The notes under the pieces are model-generated. The model was not told where the DNA came from. It worked only from the letters and a program-made list of their open reading frames with translations, and did not search any database. The translations under genes were made by a program, and so were the position numbers. From the NCBI GenBank assembly GCA_015680685.1, contig MNCI01002388.1, positions 159,365 through 223,364 of the forward strand: a DNA stretch of 64,000 bases. The letters are read 5' to 3'. Below are positions 10,401 through 21,322 of this stretch, piece after piece; the first letter of the stretch is position 1; each line of letters begins with the position of its first letter. The DNA is from Gnetum montanum (taxonomy: Eukaryota; Plantae; Gnetophyta).

Positions 10401-13075
10401 NNNNNNNNNNNNNNNNNNNNNNNNNNNNNNNNNNNNNNNNNNNNNNNNNNNNNNNNNNNNNNNNNNNNNNNNNNNNNNNNNNNNNNNNNNNNNNNNNNNN
10501 NNNNNNNNNNNNNNNNNNNNNNNNNNNNNNNNNNNNNNNNNNNNNNNNNNNNNNNNNNNNNNNNNNNNNNNNNNNNNNNNNNNNNNNNNNNNNNNNNNNN
10601 NNNNNNNNNNNNNNNNNNNNNNNNNNNNNNNNNNNNNNNNNNNNNNNNNNNNNNNNNNNNNNNNNNNNNNNNNNNNNNNNNNNNNNNNNNNNNNNNNNNN
10701 NNNNNNNNNNNNNNNNNNNNNNNNNNNNNNNNNNNNNNNNNNNNNNNNNNNNNNNNNNNNNNNNNNNNNNNNNNNNNNNNNNNNNNNNNNNNNNNNNNNN
10801 NNNNNNNNNNNNNNNNNNNNNNNNNNNNNNNNNNNNNNNNNNNNNNNNNNNNNNNNNNNNNNNNNNNNNNNNNNNNNNNNNNNNNNNNNNNNNNNNNNNN
10901 NNNNNNNNNNNNNNNNNNNNNNNNNNNNNNNNNNNNNNNNNNNNNNNNNNNNNNNNNNNNNNNNNNNNNNNNNNNNNNNNNNNNNNNNNNNNNNNNNNNN
11001 NNNNNNNNNNNNNNNNNNNNNNNNNNNNNNNNNNNNNNNNNNNNNNNNNNNNNNNNNNNNNNNNNNNNNNNNNNNNNNNNNNNNNNNNNNNNNNNNNNNN
11101 NNNNNNNNNNNNNNNNNNNNNNNNNNNNNNNNNNNNNNNNNNNNNNNNNNNNNNNNNNNNNNNNNNNNNNNNNNNNNNNNNNNNNNNNNNNNNNNNNNNN
11201 NNNNNNNNNNNNNNNNNNNNNNNNNNNNNNNNNNNNNNNNNNNNNNNNNNNNNNNNNNNNNNNNNNNNNNNNNNNNNNNNNNNNNNNNNNTGGGATTATC
11301 AAGTGTAGACCCCAAATACGCCACTGGATTACTAAGCGTAGATCCCCCTAGCTACACCACTGGGCTACCAAGAAGTCACACTTAAATGCTCATAATCAAG
11401 TCGTACTCGTTCCGCTTCTAGGAGTTTAAGGGTGAGAAACTAATCGCGATGAGCAACCGATTCCATAACTAGCCGTACACACCCATAGATGCTCATAGTT
11501 AAGTCGTACTCACACCGCGCTATGAAAGCAATAAATAACATTAAATAAATAACAATAAATAAACTAAGTGAATGCTGCAATGATGAAGTAATCTCGATCT
11601 TTATTGCCAGTCATGTGCGTGTCCAAGTACGGCACACTCGAATAAAGACACCGTACAATTACATTTACCACACTGCGGGCAGACACGGGAAAAATTCTAA
11701 CTCTGGAGGGATCAAACTGCCAGAGCTTCGCTACTCTAAAACTGGGATCCCGAATAAGGGAGAGCCACCTCTTATTTATAGACATGGCGGCAGACTCCAA
11801 TATCGCGTATGCGATATCATAGGGAAGGATGCGATATCGCGGGGGATGCGATATCGCGTCGGCTGCGATATCGCATACGCGATATCGCGGCCTGTGCGAA
11901 CCGTGTCTCATCACTACTCTTGACCAAATCTCATGGAGTTAATTAAATCAAATAAGTCTTTGCATGGTGTAGTTCTCACATTCAAAAAAAAGCTGGTGAG
12001 AATTCAAAGCACACCCCTTAGAAATAATAAAGAAACATGAACTACAAGCACTAGTTATGGCACTGGAAAGACATGTTATCCATGCCTGAAGGTTCCCTCT
12101 AACTAAGGCCCTTTTTCACTTCCTACTTCTTCTCTTGTTGGGATGGTGGTGGCTCTATGGACGCATTCTTGTTACTTTGGGAGGATGGGTTGGTCAAGTG
12201 TGTTGATGCGAGGTCATTGGATGTGGATAGTTGAATCTAGATTTGGATAGAATTTTATTAAGTCATCTTAACTACATATTACACACGAGACTTTACACAA
12301 CCTAAATTTTTGGGATTCCATTCCATTCTCTCCTCTCTTTCCATATTGCTTTCCACATTCCACCTCATTGCTAGTTTTACAATGAGTCTATATCTTGGTT
12401 GACACATTGTTAGTCTTCAGTAACACACTTGTGGGTAAGTTTTTAACCATTGTTTCCATATGTCATTCCAAGAGCCTACAAACTCTTTGGTTTGTAGGTT
12501 TGTCAAGGCATTTAGGGCATGAGCCTGCTTTGGGGAGGACCCACTGGCATTCCTTTTTGGTGCAATTGTTAAGCTCTTTCCCTTCAACATTTCTCACAAT
12601 CAAATATTTCTCATTCACCCCATCAATGACATCCGTTTTTTGCTTTTGTTTTATTGGCTTCACCATTGTTGTTTCTCATATCCTTCTTGTTCTTTAAAAT
12701 TTTTCCACCCTATTGCTACCGAAGGTTCACTCTTAGTTGTGGCCCTATCACAAATTTTTCCATTCCATAATTATCTTACCCCTACACCTTGGGTAGTTAT
12801 CAGTCATAAACCTCTCACCCAGTATCTGCCATACTCACAACCTAGCCAATGTGCTTTATATCAAGGCAAGGTATCAGCTACATTAGGTTTTATCTACCCT
12901 TGCTAATCCATGAGTGTGTTGTGTGTGCAAATGGCGATTACACAAACAATGGACTGGGATAAGAGGGAGTGCTCAAGATGGACTGGAGCTGGAGCGTTTA
13001 GGCAAGGAACAAGTTTGGACATGTAGCTATGGATGAACAATGATGTGCACAATTTCGACATCAATAGCAATGTGC

Positions 13076-13118
<43 letters not shown>

Positions 13119-13332
13119 AGTTGTCGAATAAGGGCCTAGATGTTATATATGTACAATGTTCACCACAATGGGCATGAACACCAATGCTATAATATATTTG
13201 TTGATCCATTCCCTGGGCACTCTGAGTTTGTCATCCCATGTCATCATCAATTATCATTTAGTCAATAATCCCATACCTTCCCAATATTATGTAAGGAACT
13301 TAAGGATGAGTTTTCATTTAGTCGCGGGGGTA

Positions 13333-14179
13333 TGATGAGTCGTGATATCGGGGCCGCGCTATCACGGCTGCAATATCGAGTACGCGATATCAAATCCTGC
13401 CATGTGATATCAAACATTCGATATTAGGACCCGTCTCATTGCCTATAAATAAGAGGTGGGCGCACTTGGTTTGGCAATTAGTTCTTAGTCCCTTACCCAA
13501 ACTCTTGCAGTTTCTTCCTCTCAGAGTTAGAATTATTTTTGAGTGCCCGTAGTAGGAGTCATAAAGCGAACAGATCTTTATTCGAGCATTGTGTACCTGA
13601 GCACACCTTGTGTTCGGAAATAAAGACAAACTTTATTATAAACCTTGCAGCATTCAGAATTGCTTATCTCTCACCCTTAATGCTATTTACAGTTCTTTAA
13701 TTCTTTCATTAGTTAATTAATGTTACTTTTATTGATTCATTAATTTTCACAAGTAAGACACTTAGTACGACCACTTCAAGCATGCGTGGAACACTTGGTA
13801 ACCCACTGATGATTAGCGTTTGGTAATCCCAATGGTGTTGCACTAGTTCAAGATGTGTACAAAAAGTAAGAACGGATGTTGGTGTTAGGACTAGTTAGGA
13901 CCTAGCTGTTTAGTTAATTTAAATTAGTTATTCAATTAATTTACTTCTTCCCTCTTTAGCACCAAGATATAAAACATAAAAAAAAGCATAAAAATCATAT
14001 ACCTCAAGTTTACTTAACCATACAATCATGCTATACAAGTAAGCTTGGGAAGATAATGATCGCCTAACCCATCCTTGTTCTGTGAAGGTGCATAAGCAAT
14101 TAGTCCTTGGAGTTCAATCGAATCATGCGTAATGCTTGTATTTGTATGGTTGAGGGTAAGGGTGCCTCACCGCTCATCA
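13333..14179 (+). repeat. 3' LTR of element A
   Basis: TG...CA termini, PPT upstream, TATA (cctataaata at about 13442), AATAAA and the U5 end shared with other copies. Confidence 0.85.
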
Positions 14180-14900
14180 AATGTGAAAATGTAAAAAGGA
14201 AAATTGATATCTGTGTCTAAAACACAATGTGAAGAGAGTGTACATAAAAATAATCAAGGATCCATAGGGGATTTTGAGAATAGCTAGAAGCAAACATTCT
14301 TGATGAAGAATCTAAAGGAAACAAGTCAACATGACCATAAAATGGAAGAGCTTATCTATTATGAACATCTATCCATATAAAATACGGATTATGCAAGATC
14401 AATATGTAGAGAAAAATAAATGAAGCAAGGTCAATTCGAGTGAGAGAATGGCTAATAGGAAGAACCCATGGGAAAGGATGAGACAACAAGAAGAAAACAT
14501 TCAAACTAAATAATGGTAGTTGCAATAAATAAATAGATAATTATATGATTATCATGATTATGTAGAAAACTATTAGGAAGCATGGAGAGCTCATACCAAG
14601 GGAGTTATTGGAACCAATGAGAACCCTCAAATGGAGATATGGTTGAAGTCCTTTAATTTATAAAATTGGGATGATGAGTTATTAGGAAGAGAACTAGAGA
14701 TGAATGTTGAAGAAGAAAATATCACTTAAGATGATACAACAGATATGGTAGTGATGAACTTGCGGAGGTACCAAGAATGATTTATGATGGACATGGATTG
14801 AACCTATTACATTTAAATGGTGTAACCCTAATTCATTTGTGTATAATGGATAAAATCAAAATGAGTAAACATGTAGTATAAATGTTTATATCTTGGTGAT
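14180..14900 (+). mobile_element. Possible old gag-like retrotransposon remnant
   Basis: Purine-rich, codon-like degenerate sequence with weak similarity to element D gag (gagaatggctaatagg vs gagaaatggctaaatggg). Confidence 0.3.
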
Positions 14901-14949
14901 GATAATATCTACATTCTTATAAGTAATTGACTATCTAAAGTTATCTTTA

Positions 14950-16050
14950 ATTACATCTGTATAGAGCAAAAGAATTTTTTGGACACATTAACTTTACAAA
15001 ATATATTAGTAGCTAGCAATAAATTCTAAGTATAATAGATGTGTCTAATATTGATGCAACTTGAACACTTATTCTATATAATTCATTAAAACCAACATGA
15101 GGAGCTTGAATAGCTCATATGAAGATTGATTGCAAATTTACCATTTTTTTAAAAAAGCTTCTTTCGCTACATTCTTATAATACAAGTTATTTATCTTCTA
15201 CTACTTATTAGTAGTAAAAATAATTGGCATATTCTACTTGTTTATTGTACATTATTCTACCTTATAGTTTCACTTTGAAGGTCATGTAATCTCATTCTTA
15301 CTTTGCTAATTAATGCTCTCATAGATATTAGAAGAGTTTTATATAGATATTTTATTTTACCATGTCAAAAATCTTTAGTGTTGTATTGTTTTATATTTAT
15401 GCTTCATTTTGCCATCTCTTTGAAACCTTTTATTTAAGTTTCCAAGATTAATTTGAATTATTATTACATTAATAATTTTAATACTTCTTTTTTGTAGCCA
15501 TAATTTTCTTTGATTATACTACCCTCTTGTTGAGCTTTTCAAATGATCTCTCTTGACATCTTATTACTATTTTATTATTGAAATAGAATGTTAACAACTA
15601 ATACATTACTTTAGTTTTCAATGGAAGCAAGTTAGCTTTTAATAGAAGTATTACATTTGGGACTTGAGTTTTTACCTTAAATTTATCTAACAAGAATTGT
15701 TTTGAAGTTTTTCATTTTTCTTTCACAATTCCTAGTCAAGACATGGATCCCATACTACACATCCATAAAACCTTGTAGGTTGCATAATTATTTGAGAAAG
15801 ATATTTTTGAATTGTCTAAGTTCAAATATTGTGATTACTATATCTAATCTTCATTATATATAAAGCCTTCCCGCCTGTACTATGATGTACAATTTTGAGA
15901 GCATTTTACTCCTAAATATCTATATTTCTATACAATCTTAGGCTTGTGTAATCTCTTTTATTAGTTTCACAAGTTAATAGTTTTGTTTTATTAATGTTCA
16001 CATTCATTTATGTATGTTCATAAATTTTCTTTTAGTTTATGTAACACTGC
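14950..16050 (-). mobile_element. Degenerate non-LTR (LINE) RT C-terminal fragment, paralogous to 43700-44720
   Basis: Minus strand reads ...YRYLGVK (about 15905-15935). Colinear with the LINE at 43.7-44.7 kb. Confidence 0.6.
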
Positions 16051-17786
16051 TTTTAACAATGAGGTGTTGAGCTTAGTAGTAAGAGTCTTGGCTTAATAAC
16101 CCTAGGTCATAGGTTAAAATTTTAGTTTTCATTTCACTTTTAACCCTCATTTACTCTCATTTTGAATTTGCAATCAATGCTAAATAATTAGTAAATATTA
16201 AAAGCTATATCCTTAATTGATCCATTTTAATGATAGAGTTTTTATTAATAATGTACAGAAACTCATTTTATATATCAATAGGTATGAAAAATCATAATCA
16301 TGATACCATAGATACCCATTATTTTATTCCTTATTACAAAACATGAAAATTTTCTATTTATGTAAAATATTAAAATTGATATCATTATTGAAAAGTAAAG
16401 CCATTTGTTAATTATATGAATTTTTTGAAATTGAAACAATGTTATAAAAAAGAAAACTTATTATAAAAACAAAGGTAGTATAAAGAACTTTATATAAAAC
16501 TATGCCACAATTCAACATACAAATAAGTTTTCATAACCTTTGATAAATATAGTTAATAATAAATAAAAGGAAAAATGTATTATATATAAGATTATTTAAG
16601 ATGAATTTTTAAATTATACTCTTACACAGTATTCTATAAAAAAATTAAAAATATTTGCTAATACTTTGTAAGTATTTTTAAAGAAGCATTGCCTTTGCCA
16701 TATATCCTCGGGTTGCATATGATATAGTTTTGCTATCAGAGAAATGGTTTCCCTGTAAGATAGAAATACAGTTTTAAAATAGTAAGGGGGTAAAAAAAAA
16801 ACTTGATAATTGAGAGAACTACGGGAAAGAATGGTATTATGTACTGTACTGTGATAATTTTAGACCACTGGAAACGGTGCCAAGAAATTTCATTTAAAAA
16901 TAATAAAGATTTTTGAAAATAAATGCAAATTATTTAACAGTTTAATTCTGAATAATACCGTACAGGATAACAACTCAGGTTAACGTACAAAGATGACTAG
17001 ACGAATTTTCGCTTTTCCTACGTGTAAAAACATAAGTTTTATTTTTGGAAACTTCAACTCCAGGTTCCAGAAGAATACAGGCCCAATTTTTAACGCAGTC
17101 AGTACTCATTATCATCACTCAGAGTTATCTCCCCAAGGCAAAGACCCGTTGTAAGATAATTACTCACACAACAAAGGTGCGTTTTAGGGCATTAAAGGAA
17201 AATAACAGAGAGAATCAAAACTAAATTACAGGTGTACCTCCCATTTGAAAAAAAAAAGAAATAAAACATCAGGCAATTACTGTAGGGTTTATCATGGCTA
17301 ACAGGGATTATACGTGATAATATCACGGCGCGATCTTCGTCACCAATCATCGAACGTGCAAAGCCAGCACGAGTACGCATGCGGTACTGGAAAGCACGCA
17401 CGCACGCACGCACGCACGCAACAAAGAAGAAGAAGAAGAAGCAGAAAACAATTACATTTCTTTGCTTTGCTCTTCTGTTATTCTTGCTCGAGTTGACGAC
17501 CGCGTCAAAAAGGTAAAAGCTAAACCCCCGCGCATTTGCAAAGCATTTCATAATTTTAGATTTGGCTCAACAAAAGCCAAATCTCGCGTTTGCACAACAG
17601 GATTGTGGATTCGTTTGTTTGAGAAGGACACTTCTTCGCGTTTGCAGAGTATTGCAAATTTGTTTATTTGCATTTGGAGACAAGAGTACTGTGGAACTTT
17701 TTGAAAGAAAGGTTTATCTTCTGTTTTGTTGAGCCGTATTGCAGATTTGTTTCGAGTGTGCAGAGCATTGGAGACCTTTTCTGTGT

Positions 17787-18341
17787 TCAAAGCGGTGCTT
17801 TGTCGGAGGAGGAGGAGGAGCCGAATTGGCCGACGTGCCGCTGGCGCTTGCTGCCACTGCCGGAAGCCAAATCGCCTGCGAAATTGTGCTTCTCCAGAAC
17901 GGCTTTCAGTGCTTCCTGGATGCTTGAAACGGAAACCGCAGGGCTGCTGCTGTTTTCAGAAATACTGTTGCTGCTGCTGGTGCCTCCGATGGCGTCAGCG
18001 TTGTTTTGGAGAGATTCGGAGTCGGAAGCGGCGGTGTTTGAGTTTCCACTGGTGACTACGAAGACGTTTTTCACGCGGCCGCCGAGAGTCGCCATTTCGG
18101 CTTTAACAGCGCGGAGGCGGAGAGTTCTGAGAGTTTTGATAAGATCCGTGAGCAGGTCCGGGCGATCGTCGCAGCAGAGCGAGGCGCGGATGAGTACTTG
18201 CTGGCCTTCGTCGTCCAGTGGATCCACGCTTACTTCGTCTGATTCGCTTGGCACGGGGCTTGAATGGCCTATGTCCTCCACCAGCCGCTTAAGCTCCTTT
18301 ACATGCTCTATCACCTCCGCCAGCAGCGACGCCTTGTCCGT
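17787..18341 (-). CDS. bHLH30: bHLH gene exon 2 (helix 2, ACT-like domain, stop)
   Basis: In frame after the AG acceptor at 18343-18342; reads TDKASLLAEV...DKAPL*. Confidence 0.93.
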   Translation of the reverse strand, partial: TDKASLLAEVIEHVKELKRLVEDIGHSSPVPSESDEVSVDPLDDEGQQVLIRASLCCDDRPDLLTDLIKTLRTLRLRAVKAEMATLGGRVKNVFVVTSGNSNTAASDSESLQNNADAIGGTSSSNSISENSSSPAVSVSSIQEALKAVLEKHNFAGDLASGSGSKRQRHVGQFGSSSSSDKAPL

Positions 18342-21322
18342 CTGCAACAACAACGAATTCGAAAGTCATGTGACGTAGTCCCGGCAGCGCTTCGTTTTCT
18401 GCTGCTGCTGCTTTGGATGTATTTTAAAGCTTTAAAGGAATCAAACGTTAGTCCGTTACTCCGTTTGTTATGCAATTTTTCTGCGAGCGGTGGCCTTTGC
18501 TCCTTTGAAAGTATCCAAATTTGCAGAAAGCCAAGAGTAGTCCGTTGCTTAGCAAGTTTTGCTAAAAACGTGTTGCATGTAATCTGTTTCCACGGAATGG
18601 TCTGCACTCTACAGTGAGTATTCTGAGACTGTGAGGCTGAGGCTTTTGTTTGTCGGAGCCTAAGAGGATTTTGAAAGGAAGGTAGGATGAAGATTTGTTG
18701 CGACTAGGTGACAACTTTTGGTTGCCTTCTAAGGATTGTTTTGAATTGTTGTGTTTTGCTTCGAGGGAGATACATGAAGTCCTAACAGATCGTTTTGTAA
18801 AAGTCTACTTTTTTGAAATTCGGACTTGTTATCGCTTTTACTGATTTGGCTTTGCTTCAAAGTCTAAAAAACGTGATCCCTTTTTAGCAAATTGGGGAGT
18901 GCTTTCCATGTCATTTCAGGATTCGGAGTGGAAAAAGACTTGGAACGCGATATTGAGAACACGTCTTAGAGCAGACTAAATCAGCTTAGCGCAATTCTGT
19001 AGCCGCCTATGTCGTAGCACTAACTCTGGCCACAAATCCGTGCCAGCGTTATGAGATGTGTTTGGAATTGACAACCATGGCTTTCTCCTCGTTTCTTACT
19101 AACGAACCTGTATTCAAAAGTGTTGAATACAGTACATACATTGAGGCATCTATTTCAAAAAACAGTTCATTTCTCGCAGATTGAGAGACAGAATATAGCT
19201 ATACGCTTGTAAAGATTCCTATTTAGGAAGATCAAAGTTTTGAAATATAGCTGTTCATTTTGAAGAAAAAAAAAACATGAAGTTCGCAAAAGGCAGGTCC
19301 CTGTGGTTTCGCGGTCTTCATCAAACCCACAATTTTTCTCAAAAAATGTGATGCTTTTCAGAGAATCCAGAGGTTCCTGCGGCATGGTTCTGAGAGACGT
19401 GTTTGACACCACACTAAAGCAGCCATGAGAGATATTTAGAGATAATATTTTGTCGCTGATTTCACTTGGTTTACAGTAACTGCGACTCTGCTAAACTGTC
19501 ACTCGTTTTCAAAGGTATTTTGTGTTTGAACGCAAGAGATAGGAAAACAGTTTCGTATAGGAATTTTCTAGCTACAAAACCATATGCATGCAAGAAGAAA
19601 AAATGACATAACATGTTTAAAAGTGAGAAATTCTTTGTCAGACCTCATCTGACTCCTGTTTTGTACATTTTGCAGAGATTCTGCTATTATCAAACGTGTT
19701 CTTGTTTCCCATTACTTAAGCGTTCTACATGGCGCGAGACTCTCGATGATATCTTTGCTCTCTGTCAAGTCTGTTCAGACTTTCAGCTTCAGGTACAGGA
19801 AAAGTTGAACGCTTTAATCCATGGAAAGTTATGACTTACGATTCTAAAGGTAAGAAAGACACTGTAACCCTAATTACCGAACTCCATGTTGGAAAGGACA
19901 TACTCATTGTCAAAAAAGCTCGCGCATCTTGAAACTTCATGCACCTAAACAGGAGATCCCAGCACTATTTAGTTTTCTTCACAGTTGATACAGTTTTGCA
20001 AACATGCAGATTTTAATTCTTTTAGGTTCCGTGGCTTCAATGCTTTCAAATTGACAGAATATTACAATCTTATAACCGGAAAGGCCTGATTATCACATCT
20101 GAACAACACAGAAAAGAGGAAAGGATTTCCAATACACTAAGCTGGAGCCAAGGCGTGCCAAAATCTACAATTTCAGAAAAGCTTGGATAGTTTGTTGCCT
20201 GGTATCGAGATTCAAATTTGCGATAAGCACCTGAAAAATACCTGTACTAAAGCTATCCCACACCTACACAAAAGTTATTCTCAAAGGATGGGATGGATAG
20301 ACGTTACGAGCACTGATCATGCAAAAAAAAATTGGATTTTTTCACCATCTTTTGCAGTCAGGTCAACTGTATTTTGGAAGCTTTAGCAGAAAAAGTTTTC
20401 TAGAAGCCGGCAGGCATCTATGATCAGGCAAGCCTAAAGCTGCGGTTACATTTCGAGGCCTAAATTGCGCAGGAAAAAGTGAGGTAAGTTGGATAAGTTA
20501 TGAGATATTGAAAGTCTCAGGCAAAATAGTAGAAACGGCGGCATGAATTATATTCCGAAAATTACAGACATGGATTATATTTTCTTCGGAAAGCTGCAAC
20601 GATAGATAGATAGATTGTTTACTCACCTTGGTAGTGTTAGGGAGCAGGCTTCTAAGAGTTGCAAGATGTTTGTTGATGCGTTCTCTGCGACGGCGCTCGG
20701 CCTCGCTATGGCTCTTGGAGGCGGCAAGGGCCTTGGCCTCCACCATTTCCTGCGCAGTCATCATCTTGGCTCCCATCATGAGCGGCTGCATCATCTGCAT
20801 CTGCTGCAACATGGATTTGTGTTCCATAGAATTCAGATCATCCGGTAACGGCAAGACGTGACCGGCACTGTTGCTGCTGCTGCCGCCGATTCTCTGACCG
20901 TAGCCGAAACACAGCGGAGCACCGCCTTGAAGCAGATCTCGAAACCCTAGAAACTGTGACGAGGACGCCGAATTTGCGGCTGCGGCTGCGGCTGCGGCAG
21001 CGGCAGCAGCGAAAGAGGAGCTTTCAGGAGGAGGACGATGATGAATGACAGCCGCTGAAGAACCAGCAGCGAACATATCGTGATGATTGTGATGCGGCGG
21101 GAGAGGATGCTGATGATGATGATGATGATCAGGAGGAACTCTGCTATTGCTGCAGCTGTTTGCCAGGCCTAGTGGATGAACAGCAATCTGGTTCATCACC
21201 TGGTTCGCCCTGTACGAAGCCGAAGAAGAAGCAGCAGCAGCAGCGGCGGCCGTAACAGGAGACCAGCCCTGCTGCTGCTGATGGAAGGGCGCATTAAAGG
21301 TATGCTTTTCCTTTTCTTCCAT
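17787..21322 (-). CDS. bHLH30: bHLH transcription factor, subfamily Vb (TMO5/TMO5-LIKE, bHLH30/bHLH32-like) with C-terminal ACT-like domain; join(21322..20627,18341..17787), about 416 aa
   Basis: AKALAASKSHSEAERRRRERINKHLATLRSLLPNTTK|TDKASLLAEVIEHVKELKR is near-identical to the bHLH30/32 domain. 'VPSESDEVSV...IRASLCCDDRPDLLTDLIKTLRTLRLRAVKAEMATLGGRVKNV' is the ACT-like domain. Phase-0 intron 20626..18342 (2285 bp) has an AAG|GTGAGT donor and a TTGCAG acceptor. Confidence 0.93.
20627..21322 (-). CDS. bHLH30: bHLH gene exon 1 (low-complexity Q/A/H/S N-terminus, basic region, helix 1)
   Basis: First in-frame ATG at 21322 (MEEKEK...); the ORF-track start at 21361 is TTG. Ends at the GT donor 20626. 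Confidence 0.88.

Larger units (their letters stand above)
3276..11913 (-). mobile_element. Athila-like element C, apparently pol-less (gag + ORF3); 3' LTR 3276-4073, 5' LTR ending at 11913 (start in gap)
   Basis: Termini TGATGAGTGG.../...TCTCATCA. TSD CTGCT (3271-3275)/CTACT (11914-11918). PPT complement TACCCCC at 4074-4080. Internal islands 7800-8364, 9313-9665 and 10300-10399 are colinear with element D (29900-30460, 31200-31410, 33365-33450). Confidence 0.85.
1088..14179 (+). mobile_element. Athila-like Ty3/gypsy element A (3' part: RNaseH-integrase, long 3' region, PPT, 3' LTR 13333-14179), interrupted by element C at 3276-11913
   Basis: Degenerate pol at 1088-2818. Family-conserved 3' motif at 12061-12095. 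GGGGGTA PPT at 13326-13332 followed by a TGATGAG...CGCTCATCA LTR. Confidence 0.75.

Noticed and set aside
3547-11351. Long ORFs in the track (175-578 aa) spanning 3.5-4.1, 8.0-9.5 and 9.6-11.35 kb
   Set aside because: They consist of X residues from N-gaps and are artefacts.
11800-11890. GCGATATCGC palindromes as cyanobacterial HIP1 or a horizontal-transfer signal
   Set aside because: HIP1 is GCGATCGC; these motifs are confined to the LTR U3 and internal promoter of a plant retrotransposon.
13080-13115. (CT)n and other microsatellites, e.g. (GCAC)n at about 17393-17420
   Set aside because: Ordinary simple repeats; the derived 'ERERER' ORF is spurious.
17668-18378. 236-aa plus-strand ORF and other ORFs overlapping the bHLH exons
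   Set aside because: Antisense shadows of a GC-rich coding exon, with no recognisable domain.
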